DNA of 64,000 nt, taken from NCBI GenBank assembly GCA_964422035.1, contig CAYQZQ010000001.1, positions 377,013 to 441,012 on the forward strand, in the 5' to 3' direction. The DNA is from an uncultured Pseudomonadales bacterium. GTDB taxonomy: Bacteria > Patescibacteriota > Microgenomatia > UBA1400 > Chazhemtobacteraceae. The first letter of the stretch is position 1, and every line of letters starts with the position of its first letter. The translations under genes and the position numbers were made by a program. Below the pieces are notes generated by a model. It saw only the letters and a list, made by a program, of their open reading frames with translations. It had not been told where the DNA came from and made no database searches. Of the stretch, positions 37,331 to 46,264 are shown in pieces.

Positions 37331-38176
37331 TCATTCTGAGCGAAAAATCCTAAGTTGGCGTCTTCCCCAGAGAGCAAGCGAGGTAAGACTAAGCCCCCCG
37401 CCAAGAAACATAAGTAAGCGAGGCATACGAGAAGGAGAAGATGAAGATAGGGACTTTGAAACACTGCTTGTAGAGCTAGCTTGAGATGAAGGAGTACTAG
37501 ATTCTGATAAAACCAAACCAGACGGGCTGGATTGAGAAGATTCAGTGGGAGTAGTAATAGTTGTTGTTGTAGCTAAAACTTTTTTGGAGATAGTAGGGGT
37601 TGGGACATATGTTGAACTAGGAGCTTGAATCTTACTGGGCGCAGGGGTCGGTGTTGGTGTAGATGTTGAAGTGGTAGTGGGAGTAGATGTAGGAGTTGGA
37701 GTAGGAGTAGAAGGAGCCTGATTAGCTTGATTGAAGGTTGGGTCAGTATTGGCTACAAAATCTCCTGAGCCGTCAGGGATACGAGAATAGGTTTTGTTAT
37801 CTGTCGAGGAAGAGTACTGATAGGAATCAATTAATTGAGCTTTGTTGTCAAACAACTTAACGGTATCACCTGAATTATTTAACCAACCTTTGCCTTCAGG
37901 TTGCTGGAAGACCATAAAACCCTGGGCAGGAATGATGGTACTAGTGTAGATAGCTTGAGTGATAGTTAGGTCATCAGAGCTGATTTTATTATCATCCTGG
38001 ATCTCCCAGCCCTCAAGATCAACTTGCTCACTACCAAGATTGAATAACTCCACCCATTCTGGATCACAATCAGGACAAAACTCATTTATGACCACTTGAG
38101 CTAAAACAAAAAAGGGGGAGATGAAAAATAAACAAGAGAAAACTGCTAGAAAGAAGAGAAGCAGTTTAACTCTCAT
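37331..38176 (-). CDS. secreted lamin-tail-domain (LTD) protein with S/T/P-rich linker and C-terminal TM + Arg tail
   Basis: Signal peptide, then 'VVINEFCPDCDPEWVELFNLGSEQVDLEGWEIQDD...GDTVKL', the LTD signature. Followed by TPTPTPTSTPTTTSTSTPTPTP and a poly-S region, ending 'LLMFLGGGLSLTSLALWGRRQLRIFRSE'. Confidence 0.7.
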   Translation of the reverse strand: MRVKLLLFFLAVFSCLFFISPFFVLAQVVINEFCPDCDPEWVELFNLGSEQVDLEGWEIQDDNKISSDDLTITQAIYTSTIIPAQGFMVFQQPEGKGWLNNSGDTVKLFDNKAQLIDSYQYSSSTDNKTYSRIPDGSGDFVANTDPTFNQANQAPSTPTPTPTSTPTTTSTSTPTPTPAPSKIQAPSSTYVPTPTISKKVLATTTTITTPTESSQSSPSGLVLSESSTPSSQASSTSSVSKSLSSSSPSRMPRLLMFLGGGLSLTSLALWGRRQLRIFRSE

Positions 38177-38201
38177 AAGGAAAGTTTATCAGAAATCGGT
38201 A

Positions 38202-39356
38202 CTAGGGTAGGTGCCAATAAAGAGTGACTAATCCATCTCCATGATCAATGACCATCCCTTTGCCAATGGTTCCCGTTAGCCAACAAGCTTCAGAATCTTG
38301 AGTTAAATATGCAGCTCCAGATTCAGCAGCATAAATTGGGGCTCCTCTTGTTTCCCTATCTTCATATCTATAAGCAAAATCTAGTCCGGTGTGAGTACCA
38401 AGGATGTATGATTCGTGATATTCTGCGGTAATGATACTCCCAGGTAAAGGATGTTGTAATCTGTTGTTATCTAGATAATTATGAGGATTTACTCTGTCAC
38501 CAATAACTTTCCCTTTTTCAACTTTAGCATTTTCGAAAACTTCGAAATGCAGATGAGGGTTAGTTGAGCAACCTGTATTGCCAACACTAGCTATGATTTC
38601 TCCCCTATCTACCTCACCGATCTTAGTGCCAATTGAAGATAGCGCTCTTTGAATAGAGGCTTTATCGGCTTTGGCAATAGCTAAGAGTCTCTGAAATCTC
38701 TCCTCTTTATTTTTAGTCTCTTCAAACAAGATTTCTTTCTGTGTTTGTTGTTGAGTGAGTGTGGCTTCTTGTTCTTGTAAGCTATCTTGAAGAGCTTTTA
38801 CTTCGGCTTGCTTATCTTCTTTGGAAGTTTTTTGCTGATCATAGTCAGTCCGGGCATTATTCAACTCATGCATTATTAGCTGATCTCGGCGCTGAGCAAG
38901 TTGTAAGTAGTGTAAGCGATTTTGAAAATTATTTAAGGATTTACTGGAGAGAAATACCAGCATGGAGTTTGGTTGACGAGATTTGTATGCAGCTTTAACC
39001 CGAGACTGAAATACCTGACTGAGGCTGTCTAACTCTTTATTTAAGTCTTCAATGACAATTCCAAGTGATTGGATTTCTTTTTCCAGTTTATTAATTTGGC
39101 TGCGAGTATTTTGTATTTGAGCATGAGTGAGACTTATTTTAGAATCCAAGAGATTGATAGTTGCTTGTAAAGTTGAACGCTTATTTTCCAAACTACCTAT
39201 CTTACTTTGACAGTCGTTTATGTAATCAGTGTAATTGAAGTCTGGATTAGGATTTTCGGGTAAAGAATCTCCACACTCAATAGCTTGAGAAGAAGTAAAG
39301 GGAATGAAGATTATTAAGCTGAGAAGTATGATGGGAAAAATTATTTTTTTCTTCAT
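38202..39356 (-). CDS. EnvC/PcsB-like coiled-coil murein hydrolase with a circularly permuted M23 (LytM) peptidase domain
   Basis: Signal peptide, about 200 aa of coiled-coil, then M23 motifs in non-canonical order: 'GNTGCSTNPHLHFEV' (normally C-terminal HxH) precedes 'GTHTGLDFA' (HxxxD) and 'IDHGDGLVTLYWHL', after which the protein ends. It lies directly downstream of ftsEX. Confidence 0.75.
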   Translation of the reverse strand: MKKKIIFPIILLSLIIFIPFTSSQAIECGDSLPENPNPDFNYTDYINDCQSKIGSLENKRSTLQATINLLDSKISLTHAQIQNTRSQINKLEKEIQSLGIVIEDLNKELDSLSQVFQSRVKAAYKSRQPNSMLVFLSSKSLNNFQNRLHYLQLAQRRDQLIMHELNNARTDYDQQKTSKEDKQAEVKALQDSLQEQEATLTQQQTQKEILFEETKNKEERFQRLLAIAKADKASIQRALSSIGTKIGEVDRGEIIASVGNTGCSTNPHLHFEVFENAKVEKGKVIGDRVNPHNYLDNNRLQHPLPGSIITAEYHESYILGTHTGLDFAYRYEDRETRGAPIYAAESGAAYLTQDSEACWLTGTIGKGMVIDHGDGLVTLYWHLP

Positions 39357-40261
39357 TTTTTTAGGAAGCGAGCAACTGCTAATGATCCAGAAACTAGCCC
39401 TAAAAGGACAGCGAAGACCATTAAGCCTGCCAGCACCTGCAGCATGAAGAGCGGAGAGGGTGGTAAGGGAATGATGCCAGCTAAACGAGGTGCTAAAAAT
39501 GGAGTGGTGTAGAGAAGGGCTATGTAAGCAAACAACCAGCCGAAAGTGGCGCCGGTTGTGCTGTAGAAAATGGATTCTAGTAGATATGGCATGGCGATAA
39601 ACTTATTCTCGGCTCCTAAAAGCTTTAAGGTCTTGATTTCGAAACGACGATGGCCGATTTTTAGGGAAACGATGATCATGATGGTAAGGATTGAAGAGAA
39701 GGTTAGGGCAGTAATGAGAGTAATGCCGGCTAGGCGAATGGCTTTTGTCCAGGCGGTTAATTGCCTGACAACATCTTGAGGGAAGTCTATATCTTTTTGT
39801 CCTTGAGCATTGGTATCAACCAAGGATGAGTTTTGCAGTACTTCCATTACTTGGGGGAAGTCTTTGGAGTTTTTAACAGACACCTCTAGCGAAGCAGGAA
39901 GAATGTCAGCGGTAATTACAGAAAGGTCAGTAACTGTACCTAAAAGAAGCGGATCATTGCCAACGCTTTCTTTATAAATTTCTAAGGCTTCTTGCTGGGA
40001 AACATACTTAACGCCCTCTACAGCCTCTGTTTGCTCAAGCTGTGTTTGTAGGGGAGTTACTTGTTGTTGAGTAACATCATCTTTTAGATAGGCAATAACT
40101 TGAGGACGAGTCTCGAAGTGACGCAAGGTCACCTGAGCACCTAGGGCTACCAAAGCAAAGACGGTGGTTACAAAAAAGGTAACTGTCAAAACGGCAGTAG
40201 CTGATAAGGCTTGATAAGGAGTACGACGGATATTTTTTAGAGCGGTTTTATATGATCTCAT
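39353..40261 (-). CDS. ftsX: cell-division ABC transporter permease FtsX
   Basis: TM1, a large extracytoplasmic domain, then three C-terminal TM segments. 'ALKNIRRTPYQALSATAV' is the FtsX N-terminal motif. Overlaps ftsE by 4 nt. Confidence 0.8.
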   Translation of the reverse strand: MRSYKTALKNIRRTPYQALSATAVLTVTFFVTTVFALVALGAQVTLRHFETRPQVIAYLKDDVTQQQVTPLQTQLEQTEAVEGVKYVSQQEALEIYKESVGNDPLLLGTVTDLSVITADILPASLEVSVKNSKDFPQVMEVLQNSSLVDTNAQGQKDIDFPQDVVRQLTAWTKAIRLAGITLITALTFSSILTIMIIVSLKIGHRRFEIKTLKLLGAENKFIAMPYLLESIFYSTTGATFGWLFAYIALLYTTPFLAPRLAGIIPLPPSPLFMLQVLAGLMVFAVLLGLVSGSLAVARFLKK

Positions 40262-41124
40262 GATTTTTTATCTTGTTTTTTATTATTGGTTTTGTCTTTG
40301 TCTTTATTTTCTTCTTTGGGCTTGTCGTCTTTTTTGTCTTTAGATTTTTCTGCCTCTTCTGTTTTTTTCTCTTCTTTTTTACTATCTGACTTGGTGTCTT
40401 GTTTGATTTCATCTGGATCTTGTTTTTTGTCTCTTTTGGCTAGCTTTTTTGGTTTGGGCTTATCTTCTTCTTTTTGAGCGTCGTTGATGGATGGGAGTTT
40501 AATCTGCCTTTGATCAAGATAGTCGATGATGGGTTGATCGTGAGTGGCTAGTACTACGGTAGTGCCCAGTTGATTGATTTGTTTTAATAAATCAGCGATC
40601 TGCTTGGCAGTACTTATGTCAAGGTTGCCGGTTGGCTCATCTGCTAGGAGAATTTCTGGCTCGGTTGCCATGGCGCGGGCTAGACTGACTCGTTGTAGTT
40701 CTCCGCCGGACAGTTGAACGGGAAATAAAAGTTTTTTTGATGAGAGACCGACCAACTCTAGTAAGTGGTCGACACGATCTTCGATAGCTTTATCTTCTAA
40801 ACCAAGTATTTCTAAACTTAGAGAGATGTTTTCTTGGACTGTTTTGTCTTCGATGATGCGAAAGTCTTGAAAGGCAAAGCCTACTTTGTGACGGAGAGTG
40901 CGTACTTTTTTAGGATCAAGATCGGTGATGTCTTCACCATCTACCTTTATGGTGCCACTGGTAGGCTCAAGATCTTTATATAAAAGGCGCAAGAGAGATG
41001 TCTTGCCTGAACCGGAAGGGCCTTCGATGATGACAAATTCTTCAGGTTCTATCTTGAAACTTAGCTTCTTCAAGACGGTATCACCGTTGGCGAAGGTCTT
41101 GGTTACATTTTCAAAAATAATCAT
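40258..41124 (-). CDS. ftsE: cell-division ATP-binding protein FtsE with ~75-aa Lys/Glu/Asp-rich C-terminal extension
   Basis: '[11 protein letters not shown]', Walker A '[14 protein letters not shown]', signature '[14 protein letters not shown]', Walker B '[12 protein letters not shown]'. The tail is [19 protein letters not shown]...KKQDKKS. Confidence 0.88.
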   Translation of the reverse strand: MIIFENVTKTFANGDTVLKKLSFKIEPEEFVIIEGPSGSGKTSLLRLLYKDLEPTSGTIKVDGEDITDLDPKKVRTLRHKVGFAFQDFRIIEDKTVQENISLSLEILGLEDKAIEDRVDHLLELVGLSSKKLLFPVQLSGGELQRVSLARAMATEPEILLADEPTGNLDISTAKQIADLLKQINQLGTTVVLATHDQPIIDYLDQRQIKLPSINDAQKEEDKPKPKKLAKRDKKQDPDEIKQDTKSDSKKEEKKTEEAEKSKDKKDDKPKEENKDKDKTNNKKQDKKS

Positions 41125-41139
41125 GGCAGGCTAATAATT

Positions 41140-41682
41140 TTAGAACGGTTTCTCTGCGTTTAATTCAACAATCTTTAGTTTACCTACATCCATTAACCAA
41201 CCAGCTTTTCTGGCATCGTTGGTCTGGCCCCAGACTTTTATTTTGTGACCGATGAACTGATCAAGATCTACTACTGTAGAGGTTAGGTATACATTTTGAC
41301 TAGCATCTGATGGGCGCATTATGTGATGACTTCCCTCTCCATCGACTCCGCCTTTGACAAGAACTCCAGTGGCTTCATCAGGGAAGGTTTCACCTGGGTC
41401 TTCAACTCCGAAACTGTCTCCCTGGGAGATTTTTCCGTCTGGTGAAGCGGTTCTGACGGTAGTTGATTTTGAACTGCCGCCACTGGTTAGAGAGTGGACT
41501 CCATAACCGGTACCAATACCGGCAGCAATAACGGCTGTAACTAGTAAAATCTTTTGCCAGGGTAGAGAGGTGAAAAAGTTATCTTTTTTTTGTTTTTTAT
41601 CTGATTTTTGAGCTTCTTTTTGTGTTGTGTCTGACTCAGGCTGCTGTGAGTCGTTGACATTGATTTTTTTGAGTTCCGCCAT
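41140..41682 (-). CDS. hypothetical membrane-anchored protein with possible OB-fold C-terminal domain
   Basis: Charged N-terminus, one TM segment 'ILLVTAVIAAGIGTGYGV', then a beta-rich C-terminus. No catalytic motif. Confidence 0.45.
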   Translation of the reverse strand: MAELKKINVNDSQQPESDTTQKEAQKSDKKQKKDNFFTSLPWQKILLVTAVIAAGIGTGYGVHSLTSGGSSKSTTVRTASPDGKISQGDSFGVEDPGETFPDEATGVLVKGGVDGEGSHHIMRPSDASQNVYLTSTVVDLDQFIGHKIKVWGQTNDARKAGWLMDVGKLKIVELNAEKPF

Positions 41683-41720
41683 GCTAGTTGCAGTTTGATT
41701 GGTAACTAATGACTAGTTTA

Positions 41721-42791
41721 TCACAGCTGACGTAGTTGCTGCTGAATAAACTTATCCAGATTTCCATCAAGAACTTCCTCGGGTTGGTTGGACTCAACTT
41801 GGGTACGATGATCTTTGACCATTTTATAAGGGTGAAGAACATATGAGCGAATCTGGTTGCCCCAGCCTGGAGTCTTGTGCTCTCCTTTGATTTGGCTGAT
41901 TTTTTGCTTTCTTTCTTGTTGTTTTTTCTCCCAGAGCTTTGATTTAAGGATCTGGCGAGCAACTTTGCGGTTTTTTTCCTGAGTTCTTTGACTCTGACTC
42001 TCGATGACAATGCCTGAAGGAATATGTTTTAGGCGAACTGCTGTGCTGACTTTGTTGACGTTTTGTCCACCCGGGCCTGATGAGCGAAAGAACTCCTCTT
42101 CGATATCTTTTTCGTCAAGCTCTACATCAGTGTCTTTTTTAATAACAGGGGTAACTTCAACATTAGCAAAGGAAGTCTGGCGGAGATTGTCAGCATTAAA
42201 AGGTGATTGGCGTACAAGACGATGGACTCCAGCTTCGTGATTTAAGAAACCGTAAGCGTAGGGGCCTCTGATGACAATGGTGGCTGATTTAATACCAGCT
42301 TCTTCGCCCGGTGATTCATCTAGAAACTCCCATTTCCAGTCCTGATTATCAGCATATTTTTGATACATGCGAAGCAGCATTGCCGACCAGTCTTGGGCTT
42401 CGGTACCCCCCTGGCCAGCATGGACAGAAAGCAAGGCTTCATTTTGATCGTATTCGCCAGAGAGATAGGTGCGAGTTTCTAGCTTATCTAGCCGACTGAC
42501 AACTTGACGATGAAGTTTTTTTACATCTTTACCTGGTTTGTCAGCTGACATTTCTACTAACTCAGACAAATCAGAGATGTCATCTGTTAGATTATCAATT
42601 TTTTCAATAGTATCCTGAGTGTGAGAAAGATCTTGCATGACTTTTCTGGCATGCTCTTCGTCATCCCAAAGATTAGACTGGGATGATTGCTTTTGGAGAT
42701 CTTTGAGGTCTTTTTGCAGCTGTTGATAATCAAGGTTTTCTTTAAGTTGAGAGACCTTCTTTTGGAGTTTTTCAATATCAATGTTACCCAC
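41721..42791 (-). CDS. prfB: peptide chain release factor 2
   Basis: 'SPF' motif (RQSPFNADNLRQTSF) and 'GGQ' (SSGPGGQNVNKVSTAVRL). ORF track gives 41721..42875 with a TTG start. Homology to RF2 begins at 'VGNIDIEKL'; a GTG at 42789-42791 preceded by 'TATAAT' fits as the start. There is no in-frame UGA frameshift site. Confidence 0.85.
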   Translation of the reverse strand: MGNIDIEKLQKKVSQLKENLDYQQLQKDLKDLQKQSSQSNLWDDEEHARKVMQDLSHTQDTIEKIDNLTDDISDLSELVEMSADKPGKDVKKLHRQVVSRLDKLETRTYLSGEYDQNEALLSVHAGQGGTEAQDWSAMLLRMYQKYADNQDWKWEFLDESPGEEAGIKSATIVIRGPYAYGFLNHEAGVHRLVRQSPFNADNLRQTSFANVEVTPVIKKDTDVELDEKDIEEEFFRSSGPGGQNVNKVSTAVRLKHIPSGIVIESQSQRTQEKNRKVARQILKSKLWEKKQQERKQKISQIKGEHKTPGWGNQIRSYVLHPYKMVKDHRTQVESNQPEEVLDGNLDKFIQQQLRQL

Positions 42792-42845
42792 AGGTAAGAT
42801 TATAGACGATTGGACATATTTTAGAAGCAGAATTACAATTGATTT

Positions 42846-43904
42846 ATGACTGATAATAAAGAGAGAAAAGTGCAAAACATTATTTCAAGAAAAGCACTGG
42901 AAAAGTCTGACCTTAAGGAAAGAGTTGACCAGATAGTTAAGGAAGTGGTGCAGAAGACTGAGTTTGAACCTAACAGATTACTATCTGAAAGCGGCTGGTG
43001 GGGATCTGAACAGATTGGCGCTTTTCATTTTAAAGGTGAGTGGCAGGAAAGATCGGTTGTTCTTAAGGTGCAGGGCAACAAACCAGAAACCAGCGAGATT
43101 TACATGATCGAGTCTTTTGATAAAAATAACAAAAGTGACTGGATCAGGCCGCCCAGGATCTATGAGAGTATGCCCTGGAATGACAAAAGAGGGTACGAAG
43201 CTTTGATACTTGAGGATGCAGGGACTGAGAAAGTAGTTAACTTGCCAACTAATAAAAAAGAAATTGATGAATTTTTTACTATATATAAGGAGTACAAAGA
43301 AAAATGCTGTGATCAGAGATGGATAGAGAAACCAGATAGCAGTGTTTCTGAGGAGATTGAAGATAAATTTGACAAGTGGAGAGAGATCAGTAAAAAAATG
43401 TACGGACAACACCCCTACAGAAAAGAGGGCGACGAAGAACTAATTGACAAATCTATCAAGATTTTAAAAGAAGGATATGAGGGAGCCAGCTGGGAGTTTC
43501 AGCACAGACACTTGTCAGACGGGGATTTATATAAAAAGGATGGTCAGATTATTGTTTTATCCAATCTCTACTGGTCACACCGACCAGCAAACTATGACGC
43601 TATCTTTGCTTATCACTGGTATATGTATCATTTGTCTGATCTTAATAATATTTCAGAGCAGCAGATCGAGGAGCAAAGACAGTTGTGGATGAAAGGGATT
43701 AAAAAAACGATAAGACCTGAAAACAAAAGTGAAGAAAAATTGCTTGACTTGGCTTTATTGGAGAGAGCAACAGCGGGATTAGTTTTGGATGCTCTCAGTT
43801 TGGATACTGAAGATAAACATGCACAATATCTGGTTGAAAGAACCAGAGATGAAGTGAAAAGACTTTGCAAAAATTTAGACAAAAAAAGAACCCTCTCAGG
43901 ATAG
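42846..43904 (+). CDS. hypothetical protein, possibly aminoglycoside/choline-kinase-like phosphotransferase fold
   Basis: 'HRHLSDGDLYKKDGQIIVLSNLYWSHRP' resembles the APH-family catalytic-loop/DFG-like region. The similarity is weak. Confidence 0.3.
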   Translation: MTDNKERKVQNIISRKALEKSDLKERVDQIVKEVVQKTEFEPNRLLSESGWWGSEQIGAFHFKGEWQERSVVLKVQGNKPETSEIYMIESFDKNNKSDWIRPPRIYESMPWNDKRGYEALILEDAGTEKVVNLPTNKKEIDEFFTIYKEYKEKCCDQRWIEKPDSSVSEEIEDKFDKWREISKKMYGQHPYRKEGDEELIDKSIKILKEGYEGASWEFQHRHLSDGDLYKKDGQIIVLSNLYWSHRPANYDAIFAYHWYMYHLSDLNNISEQQIEEQRQLWMKGIKKTIRPENKSEEKLLDLALLERATAGLVLDALSLDTEDKHAQYLVERTRDEVKRLCKNLDKKRTLSG

Positions 43905-43952
43905 ATATGGTCGAAGTGACCTGAGAGGGTTTAGTGCAGACTGCAAGAACTT

Positions 43953-44366
43953 TTAGGTGATGAGCTCAATACTGGCTCGTTGGGCGAATACTCTGTCATC
44001 GATCAGAACGTGAATGTAGATGGTGAGGTAAGAGTAAATCAGCTTAAACATCTCAAGAGTGACTCGAGAGTTGCCGGTTTCTTGGTAGTAAGCAAAGACA
44101 AAATCGACGGCTTTTTCCAAAAGCATGGCGATTAAACCGGACTCATCAAGCTCTTTCCCACCTTCTTGGGCAATCATCTGGTACAACTTGTCCAGCTTGA
44201 GAAGACCTGTGTAGTTGGGGACTTCGATGTTTCTTAAGCGTGAGAGGATTGTTTCTTGATCAGGGAGTGTGATAGTTGTCTTCATGAGTTTTTTCTTCCA
44301 GTCCAAAGATAGGAAATTGAGCGGCTTCCTTTTCTTTTTTGTAGGCAACTTGGGGGTCTTGTTCAA
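43953..44366 (-). CDS. hypothetical protein (start likely at internal Met, ~44285)
   Basis: Lys-rich N-terminus as annotated. It overlaps the upstream gene by 107 nt unless it starts at 'MKTTITLPDQ'. Confidence 0.3.
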   Translation of the reverse strand: MNKTPKLPTKKKRKPLNFLSLDWKKKLMKTTITLPDQETILSRLRNIEVPNYTGLLKLDKLYQMIAQEGGKELDESGLIAMLLEKAVDFVFAYYQETGNSRVTLEMFKLIYSYLTIYIHVLIDDRVFAQRASIELIT

Positions 44367-44904
44367 ATTGATGATCGTGATGAATCAGAAGATCAACGAT
44401 CTTTTGAGGAAGAGGAAAGTGCCAAGCTGCACGAATAAGATCATCGTGGTAAGTGGCACCACAACCGTGACAGAAGTCAAGGTTAAGACCACCAGCACAG
44501 CGGCTGCAGTTGTAGATGATCCGGGTGGGTTGGACCATACCGGTGTGAATGAGTGAAAACTTAAGAGCCTGGGGATAGACAGTTTCACCGCTGAGATCAT
44601 CAATAAGCAAGCCAGTGATTTCCTGATTGATCAATTCGCTGATAGAATGATCAAAATGTTTGCTATCAAACAAAGTAACATGTATCTTCTTTAGAAAAGC
44701 ATGTACTCTGTAAAGGGTTTTGGGGTGTTTGTTTTCATCAAGATCCTTGGGATCCTGGATGAAGAACTGTACCCAGTCTACCGTTAAACTTGGATCAGCA
44801 TATTCAATCATTTCATCGTGATTAAGGTCAGACATTAGAGCCTCCTTAAGAGGTATGGGTAAGTAGGTTAGATGAGTTAGTTCTTGCAATGTCAAAGTGC
44901 GCAA
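44260..44904 (-). CDS. hypothetical protein with CxxC...CxxC zinc-ribbon-like motif
   Basis: 'YNCSRCAGGLNLDFCHGCGATYH', His-rich. No family recognised. Confidence 0.35.
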   Translation of the reverse strand: MRTLTLQELTHLTYLPIPLKEALMSDLNHDEMIEYADPSLTVDWVQFFIQDPKDLDENKHPKTLYRVHAFLKKIHVTLFDSKHFDHSISELINQEITGLLIDDLSGETVYPQALKFSLIHTGMVQPTRIIYNCSRCAGGLNLDFCHGCGATYHDDLIRAAWHFPLPQKIVDLLIHHDHQFEQDPQVAYKKEKEAAQFPIFGLEEKTHEDNYHTP

Positions 44905-44993
44905 AAAGCAAGTTATTACAACTTACTTTGAGAGTAATAATATACCAAATTGATATCAGTTTTACAAATTATAGGGTTTTTGGGAAAAAAGGA

Positions 44994-45707
44994 TTACTGG
45001 ACGGCCACAGCGTTTAAGACGTTGATTTGAGAGGTTTTTTGGTTAAGTAAAAATTCAATCTCTTCTTCTCTTACAGCTAAATCATGTTTTTGGGCTATAG
45101 ATAGGGCTTTTTTAAGGGTTTTTTTAGCCGTTTTATGCTCTCCTTGAGTGGACTGGAGTGAGGCTTTAACCATAAGGGCAAATGTGTGCCAAATAGGATG
45201 ACCATTATTTTCTTCGATTAACCTTAAGCCTTTTTCAAGATTAGCCTGGGCAGTTTGATACTGACCTAAGCCTAAGTAGGCAGCGGCTAGATGGGAAAAC
45301 TCATCGCCTTTGGCCCCCTCCTCCATCAGTTGGGCTGAGTTTTGTAGTTGAAGAGTGGCTTTTTGGAATTGGCCGGCATATAAAAGAGCATGGGCATAGT
45401 TACGGACGATGTCTGGGTCTGTAAGATCAAACCAGTTTTTGTCTTTAAGTTGTTGGTATATATCTAAAGACTTTTTACTAAATTTTCGAGCAGCATCGTT
45501 GCCTTCTTGTCGTAGACGACGACCAGCTATTAGCCGACATTGAATAGCGTATTGATTAGCCACTTCAACGGCAGTTTCTTGATCCGTTCCCTTTATAGCT
45601 TCCTGGAAAGCCTGCTTTAAGAGATTTTCGCCGGTTTGATAGTCGCCTTCTTCTCTGGCGACCACTCCTGTTTGCATGATTTCGATTTGTTCTTTTTGAT
45701 TGTTCAT
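44994..45707 (-). CDS. tetratricopeptide-repeat protein
   Basis: Repeated 'A..Y..LG..Y....A...L..A' helical hairpins throughout. Confidence 0.55.
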   Translation of the reverse strand: MNNQKEQIEIMQTGVVAREEGDYQTGENLLKQAFQEAIKGTDQETAVEVANQYAIQCRLIAGRRLRQEGNDAARKFSKKSLDIYQQLKDKNWFDLTDPDIVRNYAHALLYAGQFQKATLQLQNSAQLMEEGAKGDEFSHLAAAYLGLGQYQTAQANLEKGLRLIEENNGHPIWHTFALMVKASLQSTQGEHKTAKKTLKKALSIAQKHDLAVREEEIEFLLNQKTSQINVLNAVAVQ

Positions 45708-45780
45708 TTTTAGATTAATTTTAAGCCAAGCTTAAATACTTTATTAGGAGTAATTATAACAAATAGTACGCTTGAAAGGT

Positions 45781-46227
45781 CTAATTTTCTTCTTCGAGCT
45801 GGTCGATTATCTGTTCACAAACTTGTCGGGTAACTTGGGCCGCTTGTTGGCGGGGCAGGCTTTTGACTTCATCAACTATCCGGTCAGTGGTTTGTTTGAT
45901 AAGGTCTTGACTGTCGCTGACCCCCTGGACATCGGAGGTGGCTTGATCAACGCTGTCTTCAACAGGATAATCTAAATCTTTTTGGTCATCGATGATGGGT
46001 TGTTTTTCTAAAAGTTTTTTACTGGCTTGATCGAGAAGAGCGTCGGCATCTATATTGAATGAATCGGCAAGACCTCTGACTTTAATACTGGTTTGTTGGG
46101 CTTGTTGACTGGCTTTTTCTTGAAGATCTTGGCGTTGTGTGGGAGTTAATTTTTGATATAGGAAATAACCACCAGAGACAATAACAGCCAGTATTAGGAG
46201 CCGAGTAAATGTTTTGGGAAGCTTCAT
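45781..46227 (-). CDS. hypothetical membrane-anchored acidic protein
   Basis: N-terminal TM segment 'LLILAVIVSGGYFLY', then Q/D-rich helical region. Confidence 0.4.
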   Translation of the reverse strand: MKLPKTFTRLLILAVIVSGGYFLYQKLTPTQRQDLQEKASQQAQQTSIKVRGLADSFNIDADALLDQASKKLLEKQPIIDDQKDLDYPVEDSVDQATSDVQGVSDSQDLIKQTTDRIVDEVKSLPRQQAAQVTRQVCEQIIDQLEEEN

Positions 46228-46264
46228 GGTTAGTTGGTTTTAATATAACTGGGCTATAAGGATA

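Noticed and set aside
41684-42010. 108-aa ORF overlapping prfB in another frame
   Set aside because: It lies within the RF2 gene, which has unambiguous SPF/GGQ motifs. It is Ser/Lys/Arg-rich.
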